From Eledone cirrhosa (Eukaryota): DNA of 64,000 nucleotides. The stretch's first letter is position 1. Each line of letters opens with the position of its first letter. Location: the NCBI GenBank assembly GCA_964016885.1, contig OZ024747.1:93620001-93684000 (forward strand). The letters are read 5' to 3'. The position numbers and the translations under genes are program-made. Of the stretch, positions 1 to 12,667 are shown one piece after another. The notes beneath the pieces were generated by a model. That model had not been told where the DNA came from. It searched no databases and saw only the letters and a program-made list of their open reading frames with translations.

Positions 1-31
1 GAGAATGCACACAGAAAATTAAATTACATAA

Positions 32-67
<36 letters not shown>

Positions 68-385
68 TACACACACACATATCAATATATATATTTATAT
101 AGAGAAATTTACAAAATTATTACTTAAAACCTCACAATCCAGAAGAGTGAGAATAACATTTATTGCAATAAATATTATTCCTACTCTTTTGGATTGGGAT
201 CTTTGAAATAATAATTTTGTAAATTTCTATATATACTCTGTAAATTATTACACTTGGAAACTTTAGTGGAACTACCACAGAATTTACCAAATGAAATAAT
301 TTGACCGTTGAGTAAAACATGGTCTCTGATTCTTGTTTCATAATTAAATTAATTGATTACTCTAACAGAAACTGAATAATGCTAT

Positions 386-512
<127 letters not shown>

Positions 513-1199
513 GAGAGGTATGTATATAAGGATTTTCCAAGTCGAGTATTGCTAGGTACCCCACAAAAATTATTGATATTTCAAAAATTAATTGAAACAT
601 AAGCAGTGTATTTTTGTTAGAAATAGCGTCAAGAAAGGTTCAAGAAAAACTGGTAAACAAAATAGTTAAAACCCTCAGTCAGCTCTGATCAAGCAAGATT
701 TATGATCAAGGATACTCCAGCCATGACCATCCTGTTTTGTTTAGTTGTTGTTTTATTTTTTTTTTTTGGGGGGGGGGGGGCAGATGTAGGATTTCTAGGA
801 CTACATTATGCAATGTGTCCTTCATTTTTTTTAAAACAATGGGTTGTGAAGTGAGGGCAATTTGGAGCTTGTCTTTTGTTGGTTTTCTTCCAGCAGAGTG
901 AATAACCATGTGGAAGTTTCTTCGTTGGTTATTTTGATACTTGTTTCAAAAAGGGTGGGGATTTTTTTTTTTTATCAATTTATTTTTTTTGGGGGGGGGG
1001 GGGGGGGGTATGCAGAGAAAAACATGTTATGAAGACCCCCGGTAAGAAGTAAACAAAAATTTCTTATACATTGATATGATGCCTGAGATGTATCCAAGAA
1101 AGGAAACTAAGTAGGTATAAGATAAATGGCATTAGATATGGAAGCAAAAAGGCTCTAACTGGGAAATTGTAATAGGATCACAGACTCAGTTTGCCAAGC

Positions 1200-1295
1200 G
1201 CTTACATGCCCATTGCATTTAAGGCTTACATGCCCACTGCATTTAAATCTTACATGCTCATTGCATTTAAGGCTTACATGCTCATTGCATCTAAG
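1200..1295. repeat. 24-bp minisatellite x4
   Basis: cttacatgc(c/t)cattgcatttaagg. Confidence 0.95.
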
Positions 1296-2606
1296 TAATA
1301 TTACTAATATTATTAATGTATGATTGTTGTTGTTGTTGTTATTATTATCTCTAACTCTAGCAAAAGACCACTAAGTGTTTGAAAGTGGTGTTGTTGTTTA
1401 GCCGTAGCTCAGCCCTGATCAAGCAGACCTAGGACTAAAGGCATTCCAGCAATGTTTTACAGGTAAAATGTATCTCAAACAAGATTATCCAATGTGTGAT
1501 TTAAGTGACACCTGGATACCTTTTCTAGCAAGTAGGTCAAGTAACTATAGCGCAGTCAAATTTGTGTGGTGGGCCTTAAACGCAACCCACTTGAACACCA
1601 TCAATTGATCCTTCAACAGATGCCTTTAACAGATTTCACTCTGTTGCAAGCATCTTGACCAAATCCCTTGTTTCATTCCTGTCCATTGTTTTTCCTGTAG
1701 ATATTCAGGCCTGGAATCAACCATATCAATAACACATGTCTGGGAGGGGCTACAAAGGCCATGGGCCCAACCCCTCCACCTCTGATTAACTTACAAAACA
1801 AACTAAACCCTACCCTAACTCGCTTCTCGAGTGGTAGTTATTTTATCAAGCTCAGAAGGATGAAAATCAAAGTCAATTTCAATAAGATTTGAATTCAGAA
1901 CACGGAGAAGGTGAGTGTGTGTGGGGGTCCTTATAGAAATGTTTCTATACCATCTAGACTCTCACTACGAGACGTCTTAATGCTTTCATAACTGTACACT
2001 GCCTATGTGCTTTTTACTAATTTTTCAAAGATTAAGAATTTAGATGGATTTAGTAAAATATTAAACTTTGTCCATTAATAATCTAGTGTTAGGAAGATAA
2101 CTTAACAAAGGTTCTTACATAAAATTATGATAGAAGATTATAATTTTAATATGAACACTTTAAAACAGGCAGTTTTGTATTAAAGAATATGAGACAATCT
2201 CAGTCCATGTTGGTATGAATAGGGTTAAACAATGAGATTTATAGAGTTGTTTCTTATAAATACAATTAAAATAGAAAACATTTGCGTCACACTCACAAAC
2301 ATATTTACAGAAAAGCATACACATACATAATTGTATTTGTGTGTATGCATACACACATGTAAAGATACATGCAAACATACACATATATGTGCATTCATAA
2401 ACAAATATAAATGTTTATATATAAAAATTGTATCACTTTCTCTTTTTTACACTCACATACACAAATTTTCCTTATACATGATATGTTACTCTTTAAAGCA
2501 ATCTATTTACAAATGTATAGTGTCTACATAGTAAACCAGAGTTACATTGGTTGAAATGAGAGGAAAAGAAATGTGGAGGAGAAAAAAAGATTTCTTTTTA
2601 AAATCC

Positions 2607-2790
2607 AAAGATGTCACCACTATCTTTCTACATGTCACTTGTCATATCCACAGAGAGGGAACAAATCAAAGATGTCACCACTATCTTTCTATATGCCACT
2701 TGCTATATCAACAGGGAGAACAAATCAAAGATGTCACCACTATCTTTCTATATGCCACTTGTCATATCAACAGGGAGAGAACAAATCAAG
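2607..2790. repeat. ~59-60-bp tandem repeat x3
   Basis: aaagatgtcaccactatctttcta...gaacaaatc. Confidence 0.95.
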
Positions 2791-2852
2791 GACAAAAGAA
2801 AGAGGGTGGGGGGAGAAGCATGTTATGGAGACCAAATGGACTCTCTTGTTGA

Positions 2853-2975
2853 AGGTGAATACAGCAGAAGCCAACATACCACCAGCTTCACAAAGACTAA
2901 GAGGACTGAGATAGGTAAATATAGCAGAAGCCAACATACCACCAGCTTCACAAAGACTAAGAGGACTGGGATAGG
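2853..2975. repeat. 60-bp tandem repeat x2
   Basis: agcagaagccaacataccaccagcttcacaaagactaagaggactg. Confidence 0.95.
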
Positions 2976-3499
2976 AGAGGATCTAAAGATAGATATCATC
3001 CATTCCAATCAGTTGAGAAGATTGTGTAACATGAAATGGTAAATGAATTTAAGGACACATGTTACTGTAATCATTTAGTTAAATGTGGATAGATGAAGAG
3101 AACATATGGTTTTTAAGATACAATGATGATACATATCAACTGACTGACAAAATGGAGAAATCCAGAAGAGATGGAGAGCTGAAAAGTCATATCATTCTTT
3201 TCAGTCAACTGACCAACTGGGTGAACAATCAAAAATACACAGGACTAGTCACATATCATTTCATTTTGAAACAACTGACCGATTGTGTGAATAATAAGAG
3301 GAAACGGATAGGAGTAAGGCAAAAGACACACTATTTCTTTAAACAGACTGGACAAGCTGTAAAGATATGAAATTTTTTCTCCAGTCAAACTGTTGTATAA
3401 CACAAATAGTGACACCCCCAGACTCAAAGAAAACAGACATGATATAAAATATTAATGTACCAACGAGTAACAGTTTGGATAATTAAAATAATTGATGAT

Positions 3500-6400
3500 A
3501 ACAATAATAATCATTTCTAACAAAGTTGGTGAAATGGTTAGTAAGATTAAATCAATACCAGTATTTGACTGGCACTTTATTTTATCAACTACAGAAAGAT
3601 GAAGGCAAAGTTAACCTCGGTGGGATTTGGACTCAAAACAGAAAGAACCAGAGTTAAATACCACAAACCATTTTGTTCAGTGCTCATAGAATTTTACCAA
3701 TTTATTGCCCGCAATGATAATAATAATAATAATGGTTTCTACAATTGGCACAAAGCCAGCAATTTGAATGGAAAAGAAAGGCAACTAAAATCGCCCCCAG
3801 TGTGATACTGGTACTTTATTTTATTGACTTTGGAAGGATGAAAGGCAAAGCTAACCTCGGCAGGATTTGAACACAGAATGTAAAGAGCCAGAACAATACT
3901 GTCAAGCATTTGTCAAACATTTTAATAACTACCAATCCACTACTTTAATAATAATGATGTTGATGATGATGGTGGTTGTGGTGATGATAGTAGATGTAGC
4001 ATTAGTAGTAGTAGTAGATAGCAGTAAAAGTGAGTGTGATGTTAGTAGTGAGAATGATGGTATTAGTGCTGGTTAGAAGAGATGAATTATAATTTTGATT
4101 TCTAACATAGGCAAAAGGCCACAAATTTTGAAGAAGGAAACTGTCGATTATTTCATTGACTCTTACCAAAACATGAAAGACAAAGTCGATCATAGCAAGG
4201 TTTGAACTTAAAACATAAAGGTACAACTAATATCACAAGGCATTTTAATCAGTCACTCTACCAATTCTCCAACCCATAGCCCTTTAAATAATGATAATAA
4301 TAATGATTTTTAACAAAGGTATGATGCCAAAAGGTTTGGCAAGGTATAGTCGATTATATGACCCTATTATTTGACTGGTATTTAATTTAGCAAACTCAGA
4401 AAGATGAGAAGCAAAGTTGGTAGCAGCAAAATTTGAACACAGGAAATAAAAAGATATTAGGTAAAAGTATTTGTCAGATGCTATACCAAATCTGATAATC
4501 TACTGCACATAAAGCTCTAAACACAACACAGTATTTTGACTGTCAGTCTATCATTTGTCAATCCTCTCACTCACTACCCTTCAAATTTTAGTAATTATAA
4601 TAGATATATTTTTGGTGGGGGAGGAGGGGGTACTGGATACAAGGCCTCATATTTTAGAGGATGGGATAGTAGGATTTGATGATAATCATGCTTTCACAGG
4701 GACATTAACAGCAAAAGTGAAGTGAAATAGCCTATAGACAGGAATAAAAACTTGTATTGCAGATTCAAGAGCAGTTGCCATAATAATAATAATGGTTTCT
4801 TATATAGGCACAAGGCCAGCAATTTTGGGGGAGGGTAAAGTCGATTAAATCGACCCCAGTGCATCACTGGTGTTTTATTTATTGACCCCTGTAAGGATGA
4901 AAGGCAAAGTTAGCCTCGACATGATTTGAACACAGAACATACAAGAACGTAACTATATGTTGTAAAGCATTTTGTCCAACACTCTACCAATACTACTAAT
5001 CCAAATAATAATAATATCTTACAAAGACACAGGGCCAGATATTTGGAAAGAAGGAGGAGTGAATCGTATCATCACTCACCCCAACCACTACAGGTACTTG
5101 ACTAATACTAAATTTTATCGACATCCTCTACCTCTCTCGGGAAGGATGAAAGGCAAAGTTCACCTTGGCAAGATTTGAATTCAGAATATAAAAAGACAGA
5201 AGAAACACTACAACGAACTTTGTTCAATAATTTTTATGATTCTGCCAATCCTAGAAGATGGAGATTTCTTGTATTGGGATAAAGCCGCAAAATTGTAAAA
5301 GAGGAGAATGGTCACTTTGTTTTAAAAACCCAAAACATCTTATCAACCCTGGCAAAGTTTGAATTCAGAAGGTAAAGGGATGTAACTTAATACTGCACTC
5401 TACCGCTTCTTCCATGCCAACTCCATAATAATAATAATAATAATAATGGTTTCTGATTTAGACACAAGGCCAACAATTTCGGGGAGGAGAAAGTCGATTA
5501 AATCGACCCTAGTGTGTTACTGGTACTTTATTTTATCTACCACATTAAGATGAAAGGCAAAAGCTAACCTCAGTGGGATTTGAACTCAGAACGTAAAGGT
5601 CCTTAACTAAATGCCGCGAAGCATGTCTGATGCTCTACCGATAATGATAATAATACATTACATTTTCTTGAAATATAAAATACTCAAATGCTGGGGGAAA
5701 GCAGACAAAGTCACAATTTTGTCAATTGTTATTGAAGCCTTGAGAACCAAGACAGAGTTGTGGTAGGGGAGGGGAGTAGTAGTAGCGATGGTGGTGGTAA
5801 TAGTAATAGCAGTGGTGGTGGTGACTTGTTTTGTAGAGGAAAAAGTGTAACCAATTGAACTGATCACAGTATATTATTGCCACTAATTATTTTACTGGCT
5901 TCAGAGATGACAGTGACAGGATTTGAACTGAACACAGCAAGCCAAATAGCATAAAGAGTTAGCCTGACAAACTACTTTCTCAGCCATTTCAACCACCATA
6001 TGATAATAATAATTGTTTCTACTTTAGGCACAAGGCCAGCAATTTGAAGAAGAGTGAGAAGTCGATTAAATCAACCCCAGTGCTTTACTGGTACTTTATT
6101 TTATCGACCCTGGCATTTGAACTTTAAGAGCCATAACTCTATGCCACAAAGCATGTTGTCCGACGCTCTATCGATACTGCCAAGACACAACCCTATAGTA
6201 ATAATAATAACAATGAAGATGACTTCTAATTTAAGTAAAAAAAAACCACAAAATTTGGGTACAGTTGATTAACCCAACTCCAGTACTTGACGAATACTTA
6301 TTTTATCGAATCCACAGAGATAAATTGCTAAGTCAACCCCCCGACAAAATTTGAAATCAGAACACAAAGGGTTATAACTAAATACTGCCAGGCATTTTGT

Positions 6401-7222
6401 CTGTCACTCTGTTGCTTCTGCCAATCACTGCCCTCAGTAATAATAATTGTTTCTACTTTTGGCACAAGGCCAGCAATTAACTCAGTGCATTACTGGTACT
6501 TTATTTTATCAACCCCGTAAGGATGAAAGGCAAAGTTAACCTCGGCGAGATTTGAACTCAGAATGGCAAGGGCGGTAACTCTATGTGTCAAAGCATGGTG
6601 TCCAACCCTCTACCGATACTGCCAATCCACCAGTAATAATAATTGTTTCTACTTTTGGCACAAGGCCAGCAATTATCCCAGTGTATTACTGGTACTTTAT
6701 TTTATCGACCCCGTAAGGATGAAAGGCAAAGTTAACCTCAGCGATGGGATGCAAGGAATGTATCAATCATTCCATTTGTGATTGGTAAATCTGAAGTGAT
6801 ACACACTCTTTTTTTGTAAAGACATCAAAAAGTTACAGACAAGTGTAGACAAAGATTCCGCATAATTGCAACGCTAGAGTTTTTGAAATATTGCCAGACA
6901 ATTCTTAGAGATAATTTAAATAAACACTGAACATTTTGAAAGTCTGTTTTGACAAAGTACACCTCATTATTCATAATATAAGGAAGGAAAATACTGAAGC
7001 AAGTTTTCAAACCAAAAACAAACAAATAATAATTGTTTCTACTTTTGGCACAAGGCCAGCAATTACTCCAGTGCATTACTGGTGCTTTATTTTATCGGCC
7101 CTGTAAGGAGGAAAGGCAAAGCTAACCATGGCGGAATTTGAAATCAGAACGTAAAGGGCCATAACTCTATGCCACAAAGCATGGTGTCTGACACACTATT
7201 GATACTGCCAATCCACTACTCT

Positions 7223-7256
<34 letters not shown>
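3500..7256 (-). mobile_element. Dense co-oriented cluster (roughly 12-15 copies) of a tRNA-derived SINE with Nin/Deu-like central domain and (ATT)n tail
   Basis: Minus-strand consensus TGGCAGTATCGGTAGAGC (A box)...GAGTTCAAATCC (B box)...GCCTTTCATCCTTACGGGGTCGATAAAATAAAGTACCAG...GGCCTTGTGCC...(ATT)n. Confidence 0.9.
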
Positions 7257-7257
<1 letters not shown>

Positions 7258-8551
7258 ATCTTGCTATCCACTCTCTTACATGTACTGCAATTGGTGTTAG
7301 AAAAAAAAAATATCCAGTTGCTAAAAAAAAAAATTTTTTTTTAAACTGCTTTGGTACAGAATACCACATCCCTGGACAGTTGCTATGGAGACAGTTGTTA
7401 AAAAAACTACATATTCAGAGAAATGGCAATGATATTTAATAATGGTGATGGTGTTAATGATAATGGTGATGATGTTCTATCTTGTTGAATGATGATGGGG
7501 AATTCAAAATGATTCATCGTTCAGCTGTAAAATTTGTACAAACTAAGGCAAGAAAAAAATGTGGTAAACATTTGAAAATTATCTACGATATATCTGTTGT
7601 TGATGTTGTCCTTATTGATGTTATTTTGTAGCCAAATCCTGTAAGAAAAATGGTGAGGGCGGATTTCTGGGTGTGATTTGGCAGAAGAATTAGAATATTT
7701 TTTTTTAAATTGTTGCAAAGACTAAAAATATTCATAATGGGTTACTTGTAACAAGGAGTTTTATCAACCTTAAATAGTAGAGACCTATTTAAGTGGTTAA
7801 TAATTCTTCTTTTCCTTCGATACAACCATCTGGTTTAAAATTCTTTGTTTGGGCAAAACACTTTCCACTCTTAGCTGTTTGGTGTGTGTGTGGGGGGGGG
7901 GGGGGGGGGTATGCGTGTGTGTGTGTGCGTGTATGCGTGCGCGTATGAACGCATTGTTGCTCTTGCTGCTGATGCTATTGCTGCTGGTCCTGTTGTTGTA
8001 GCTGTCATTATATTTTTTATTATTATTAATTGTTGAAAAAGCAGTTGTTGAAAATGTATTACTCTGTTGATGATTGCTGTTATGATGAGCAACTCTTAAA
8101 ATTTGAGGAAGAAAAAATGGAGATGTTTAGCCCTAGATGAAATCTGAACAGCAAACCTATCATGTGATCAAAGGCATTCCAGCTACAGCCATCCCAGGTT
8201 TCATTTTTGTTGTTGTTATTTTTTCAGACATAGTGTATCTAGGACTAGATAGAATTGGAGTTTACAACTCCCTTTCCAATCTTTTTAGAAAATTACTTTT
8301 TTTTTCCATTTCCTTCTTGGATTTTTGTTTTGTTTTTGTCTTTTGTGTGTGTGTATGTTTTTTTTTTACAGAGCCAGCAAGCATCCAGCAGAGCAGGAAC
8401 CAACTGCACACCAATTCAGTGAGGAGGGGGGAGCAGCAAATCGGTGAATGATGTGATACTAGCTTTAGAAATACAGCTGCTTACTCTCCATTGATGATGC
8501 ATGGTAAAAGAAAAACAGAAATAATACCCCTTAAAAATATCAGCACAGCTC

Positions 8552-8677
8552 TTAAATCTTGAAGTCCTCCCTTAGAGCCATATTTGTCAATGTCTTCTTG
8601 ATCCGAAGTGCTGTAAGGCGAGCAGCAGCACTGTGGTACCAGCATTCTTTCATCAGTCGAGCCATGTGACTGGCAGT
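8552..8677 (-). CDS. TGFBR1: Receptor exon 10, last coding exon
   Basis: [41 protein letters not shown]; NANDOR-box-like [11 protein letters not shown]. Confidence 0.96.
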   Translation of the reverse strand, partial: TASHMARLMKECWYHSAAARLTALRIKKTLTNMALREDFKI

Positions 8678-11600
8678 CTGTAAGAAGGAAAAAAAGAGAA
8701 GAGTGTCACCATCATGTGTATGAAAAAAAAAAATGGGATTAATAATTTTTTCTACTTTTTGGCACAAGGCCAGCAATTACCCTAGTGCATTACTGGTGCT
8801 TTATTTTATCGACCCTGTAAAGATGAAAGGCAAAGCTAACCTCGACGGGAGTTGAACTCAGAACGTAAAGGGCCATAACTCTATGCTGCAATCGATACTG
8901 CCAATCCACAGAAGTTTGTTAACTTTCATTATTTCTAATGAAATACTTTTGTATTTGAATTAATTAATGAAGAATTTGGAGAGATTTACTAGAATTAATT
9001 ATTTCATTATTTACATGGTATTTGTAACATGATGTAACAAAAGATTCTTATATCAAATTATGTTTTAAGATATTAATTTAAATAGGAACCCTTTGAAATG
9101 GATGCTTTTGTTTCTTAAAACCAGAGGTGGTTTTGGGGTGAATTACAATCAAGTCTGAGTGACTAAAATAAATTAGCTAAGATCTTCTTGTGCTCCTCAT
9201 TAGTTTAGCTAATGACAACACTGTCAAGGTAGGCATGAGCATCTTGCTATCTTCAATATGGTATTTGTGCCAACTCTTACCTATGGTTATGAATCTTGGA
9301 TAATGACCGAAAGAATATGATCACAAATACAAGCGGCCGAAATGGGATTCCACTGAAGGGTCTTTGGAGTGATGTTACTCGATAGAGTGTGTAGCTTGGA
9401 GATCAGAGAGTCGCTCCAGGTAGAGCTGCTACTTCTCCGAATTGAGAGATCATAGCTCTGATACTATGGGCATGTGGTTAGAATGTCTCAGGAAAGAATC
9501 GCTGGACATATTTTACGTGGAAAACCAACCAGCAAGAGACCAAGTGGTAGACCCTTAGCAAGATGGTTGGATAACATCCATGAGGTTGGCTTGTCTCGCT
9601 TGGAGATCCAGCCAGATCAATTAGAGACAGTTGCTTCTGACAGGACCAATTGGAAAAAGTGTTTGAGGACTCTGCCCCCACGACCCTCTCAGGAATAAGT
9701 GGGAGAAGAAGAAGATTGTGGTGTGCAATGTGATGGAATGATACAATCCTGTCTAGTTTCATGTACAGTCGATTGTAAGAAATCAAATGCACAACATTGT
9801 CGATATTAAGAAGTGGATATTAGAAAGCAATAGAGACTTGTATGTATGCATGGACCCATAGCTCCTGGTGGAGTCGTAGGGGAGCCATAATGACATACAG
9901 AATTTCTTGGACATTTTAAACCTGGCCTAGCCTATCCTTCTCCAGGTCAAGGCACAGCCAATTTCTTCCAAAGAAGGAGAAAGAGTGATAGAGAGGAATT
10001 GAGAAAGAGACATAGATGAAGAAGTGACCCCAGTACTGGTCTGGTACTTTTTTTTATCAACCTCAAAAGGATTTGGACCCAGAGCACAGAGCCAGAACAA
10101 ATACCACAAAGCATTCTATCAAACGTTCTAACAACTGTCAATTCACCACCTCAATATCAATTCATGAATAGTGAATAACAAGACATTATTTGCCATTGTT
10201 TCTATCATGAACGCCATCAATAATAAAAACTTCAACACAGATAAAAAAAAAAAGCATCATTGACATGAATAACACCAAGATCATGATTAAACAATTGGAT
10301 ACTTCAGACATATTCAAATTACCATCCTACAGACCATATAACCTAAAAACCTCTATGCTGACTTCAGTATCTTTTCCATCAATACTTTCATACCATCTGC
10401 TCTTCAAATATAACTAGTCTCCAGCTTTCTCCACTCACTCACTCATTACATTCAGATTACCATCCTATTGACTTTATAACATAAAAATATGTATGCTGAC
10501 TTCAGTATCTTTTCTATTGCTACTTTCATATCCTCTGCTCTACAAATATAACTAGTCTCAAGCCTTCTCCACTCACTTCTTCACTCAAATTTCCATCCTA
10601 CTGACCTTATAACCTAAAAACCTCTATGCTGATACACACAAAAACACAATGTAATCAGCTCTACTCAGAAATAATCTATACAAGCATAGATGCAACAATA
10701 ACATAGGCGACCCTTACCTCATTTGTGTGCCATCTGTTAGGTATGGTTGGACGGAGTCGTTCCACACACACCACTTTTCTCATGTCATCAAGGGTTGGGT
10801 CTGATGGCACCTTATCATAGAACGGCAGCTCATATTCTTCATATGATGAATAATAATCTGAAAATGACAATTTTTAAACTGTTTATAAAGTTAAATAATG
10901 AGAAGGAATTGCCAAGGTTGGCATTATAGTAGTGAATGTGTTTAGTGTAGTAACAGTAGTGTTGAGGTTAAATTTGTGAATAGCACTAATGTTGTTTTTG
11001 TTGTTGCTGCTGTTGTTGTATGAGTATGAATCTGTTTGGAAGCAAAGACATTTTCCAAGCAATTTCAGGATGCAAAGCAGTATGAGGGATATTTGGCAGC
11101 TATTTCTTGTAGGCCCAAGTTATCTAAAGTATGTCTTGAGATCAGAAGCTCATCAGGCAGGTGCTTATCCCAGTTTCCATGGCGTGAAGCAATTGAGAGT
11201 ACAATACTCTCCACTGGACAGGACGCCAGATAATCACAGGGTTAAACTCCCAGCTATTGCTGGTACTCATTTTCAGTTGAGTATACTAGAGCAACATGAA
11301 ATGAAGTATTTTACTCAAAAATACAACACACAACCCAGCGCAGGAATCAAACCAACATTATGATCATAAGTACAACACACTTACCACTAGGCCACGCACC
11401 CACACAGCGGAGGCACATGCCCTAATGGGTTCGATTCCTAGGCTGGGCTGTGTGCTGTGTTCTTGAGCAAAACACCTCATTTCACATCGCTCCAGTATAC
11501 TCAGCTGAAAATGTGTACCAGCAATAACTGGGGTGTTTAACCCTGAGATGGACTGACATCCTGTCCAGGGATGAGGTCTTGTACTCTCAGTCGCTTCACA

Positions 11601-12631
11601 CCATAAATGATTTAAGACAGACTTTAGACTTAGACCACGTTACCACATAGAGAATCCCTCATTGATTTGGCGCAGGCGGTTTCATCATTAATAAAGATCT
11701 GAATAGTCAAGCAGCTTGTGAAGAATGTTGTGTTGGTGTAAGACAACAATAGTTGATAACATGGAGATGGTTTGTATAGGCTGTAGCTGAAAGTCTTAAG
11801 TTTGTGGTTTATGGCAATGTTTTCAATTATATGAAGAAGAAGAGGAAGGAAAATGAATAGGAGAAAGAAGAGGATATTTGAGAAGAGAAGATGCAGTAAT
11901 TGACAAAAAGACATAAAAAGAAAGATAAGAAGCAAACAGATTGAAGGAACTGTAGAGAAAATATATATTAAAGAGATGAAGACAAAGAAAGTAACAGAGA
12001 AATTGTGTGGAAAAAGGAGAGAGAGGTAAACATGGATTGAGTTTGGGGAGAGATAAACAGAGAAAGATACAACAGAGAGGTTGAAAGAAGTGGTGAAGGA
12101 TAAAGTGAGTTAGAGAAAAATTTAGAATGAGAAAGAAAAATATGAAATGAGGCAAAGAGAGGGAGAAGAAGAAGAGGTAGAAAGAGAGAGACAGAAAGAG
12201 AGAAGAAGAAAAGAGGTAGAGAGAGAGAAAGAAGAAAAGGTAGAAAGAAAAAACAGAGAAGAAGCAATCAAGAGGAGATTGATGCAAAGTTCTGCATTAC
12301 TTACTAAACCCATTACACCGTCTTGCAGTCTCCCACAAAACCAAACCATAGGAATAAACATCAGCTCGTTTGAATGAATCAAATTGGTTGACATTTATCG
12401 TTTCATCCAGAGCTTCAGGTGCCATATATCGCTTGGTTCCAACTCGTGTGTTGTGGGGTATATCAATCTTGTCAGTCTCTGAATCATGTCGCACAGCCAA
12501 ACCTGTAAGCAAGAAGAGGTAACATTTAGTGTATATTCAAAAGTCCCATCCAACCCATGCAAGCATGGAAAAGTGGACACAGAAAGACAATGATAATGAC
12601 ATACATACATGTATATGTATGTATGTATCTA

Positions 12632-12667
<36 letters not shown>

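Noticed and set aside
2607-2975. CRISPR-like repeat array or repeat-protein ORFs (2547-3042)
   Set aside because: Contiguous tandem units without unique spacers, eukaryotic context, no cas genes; the ORFs are by-products of the repeats
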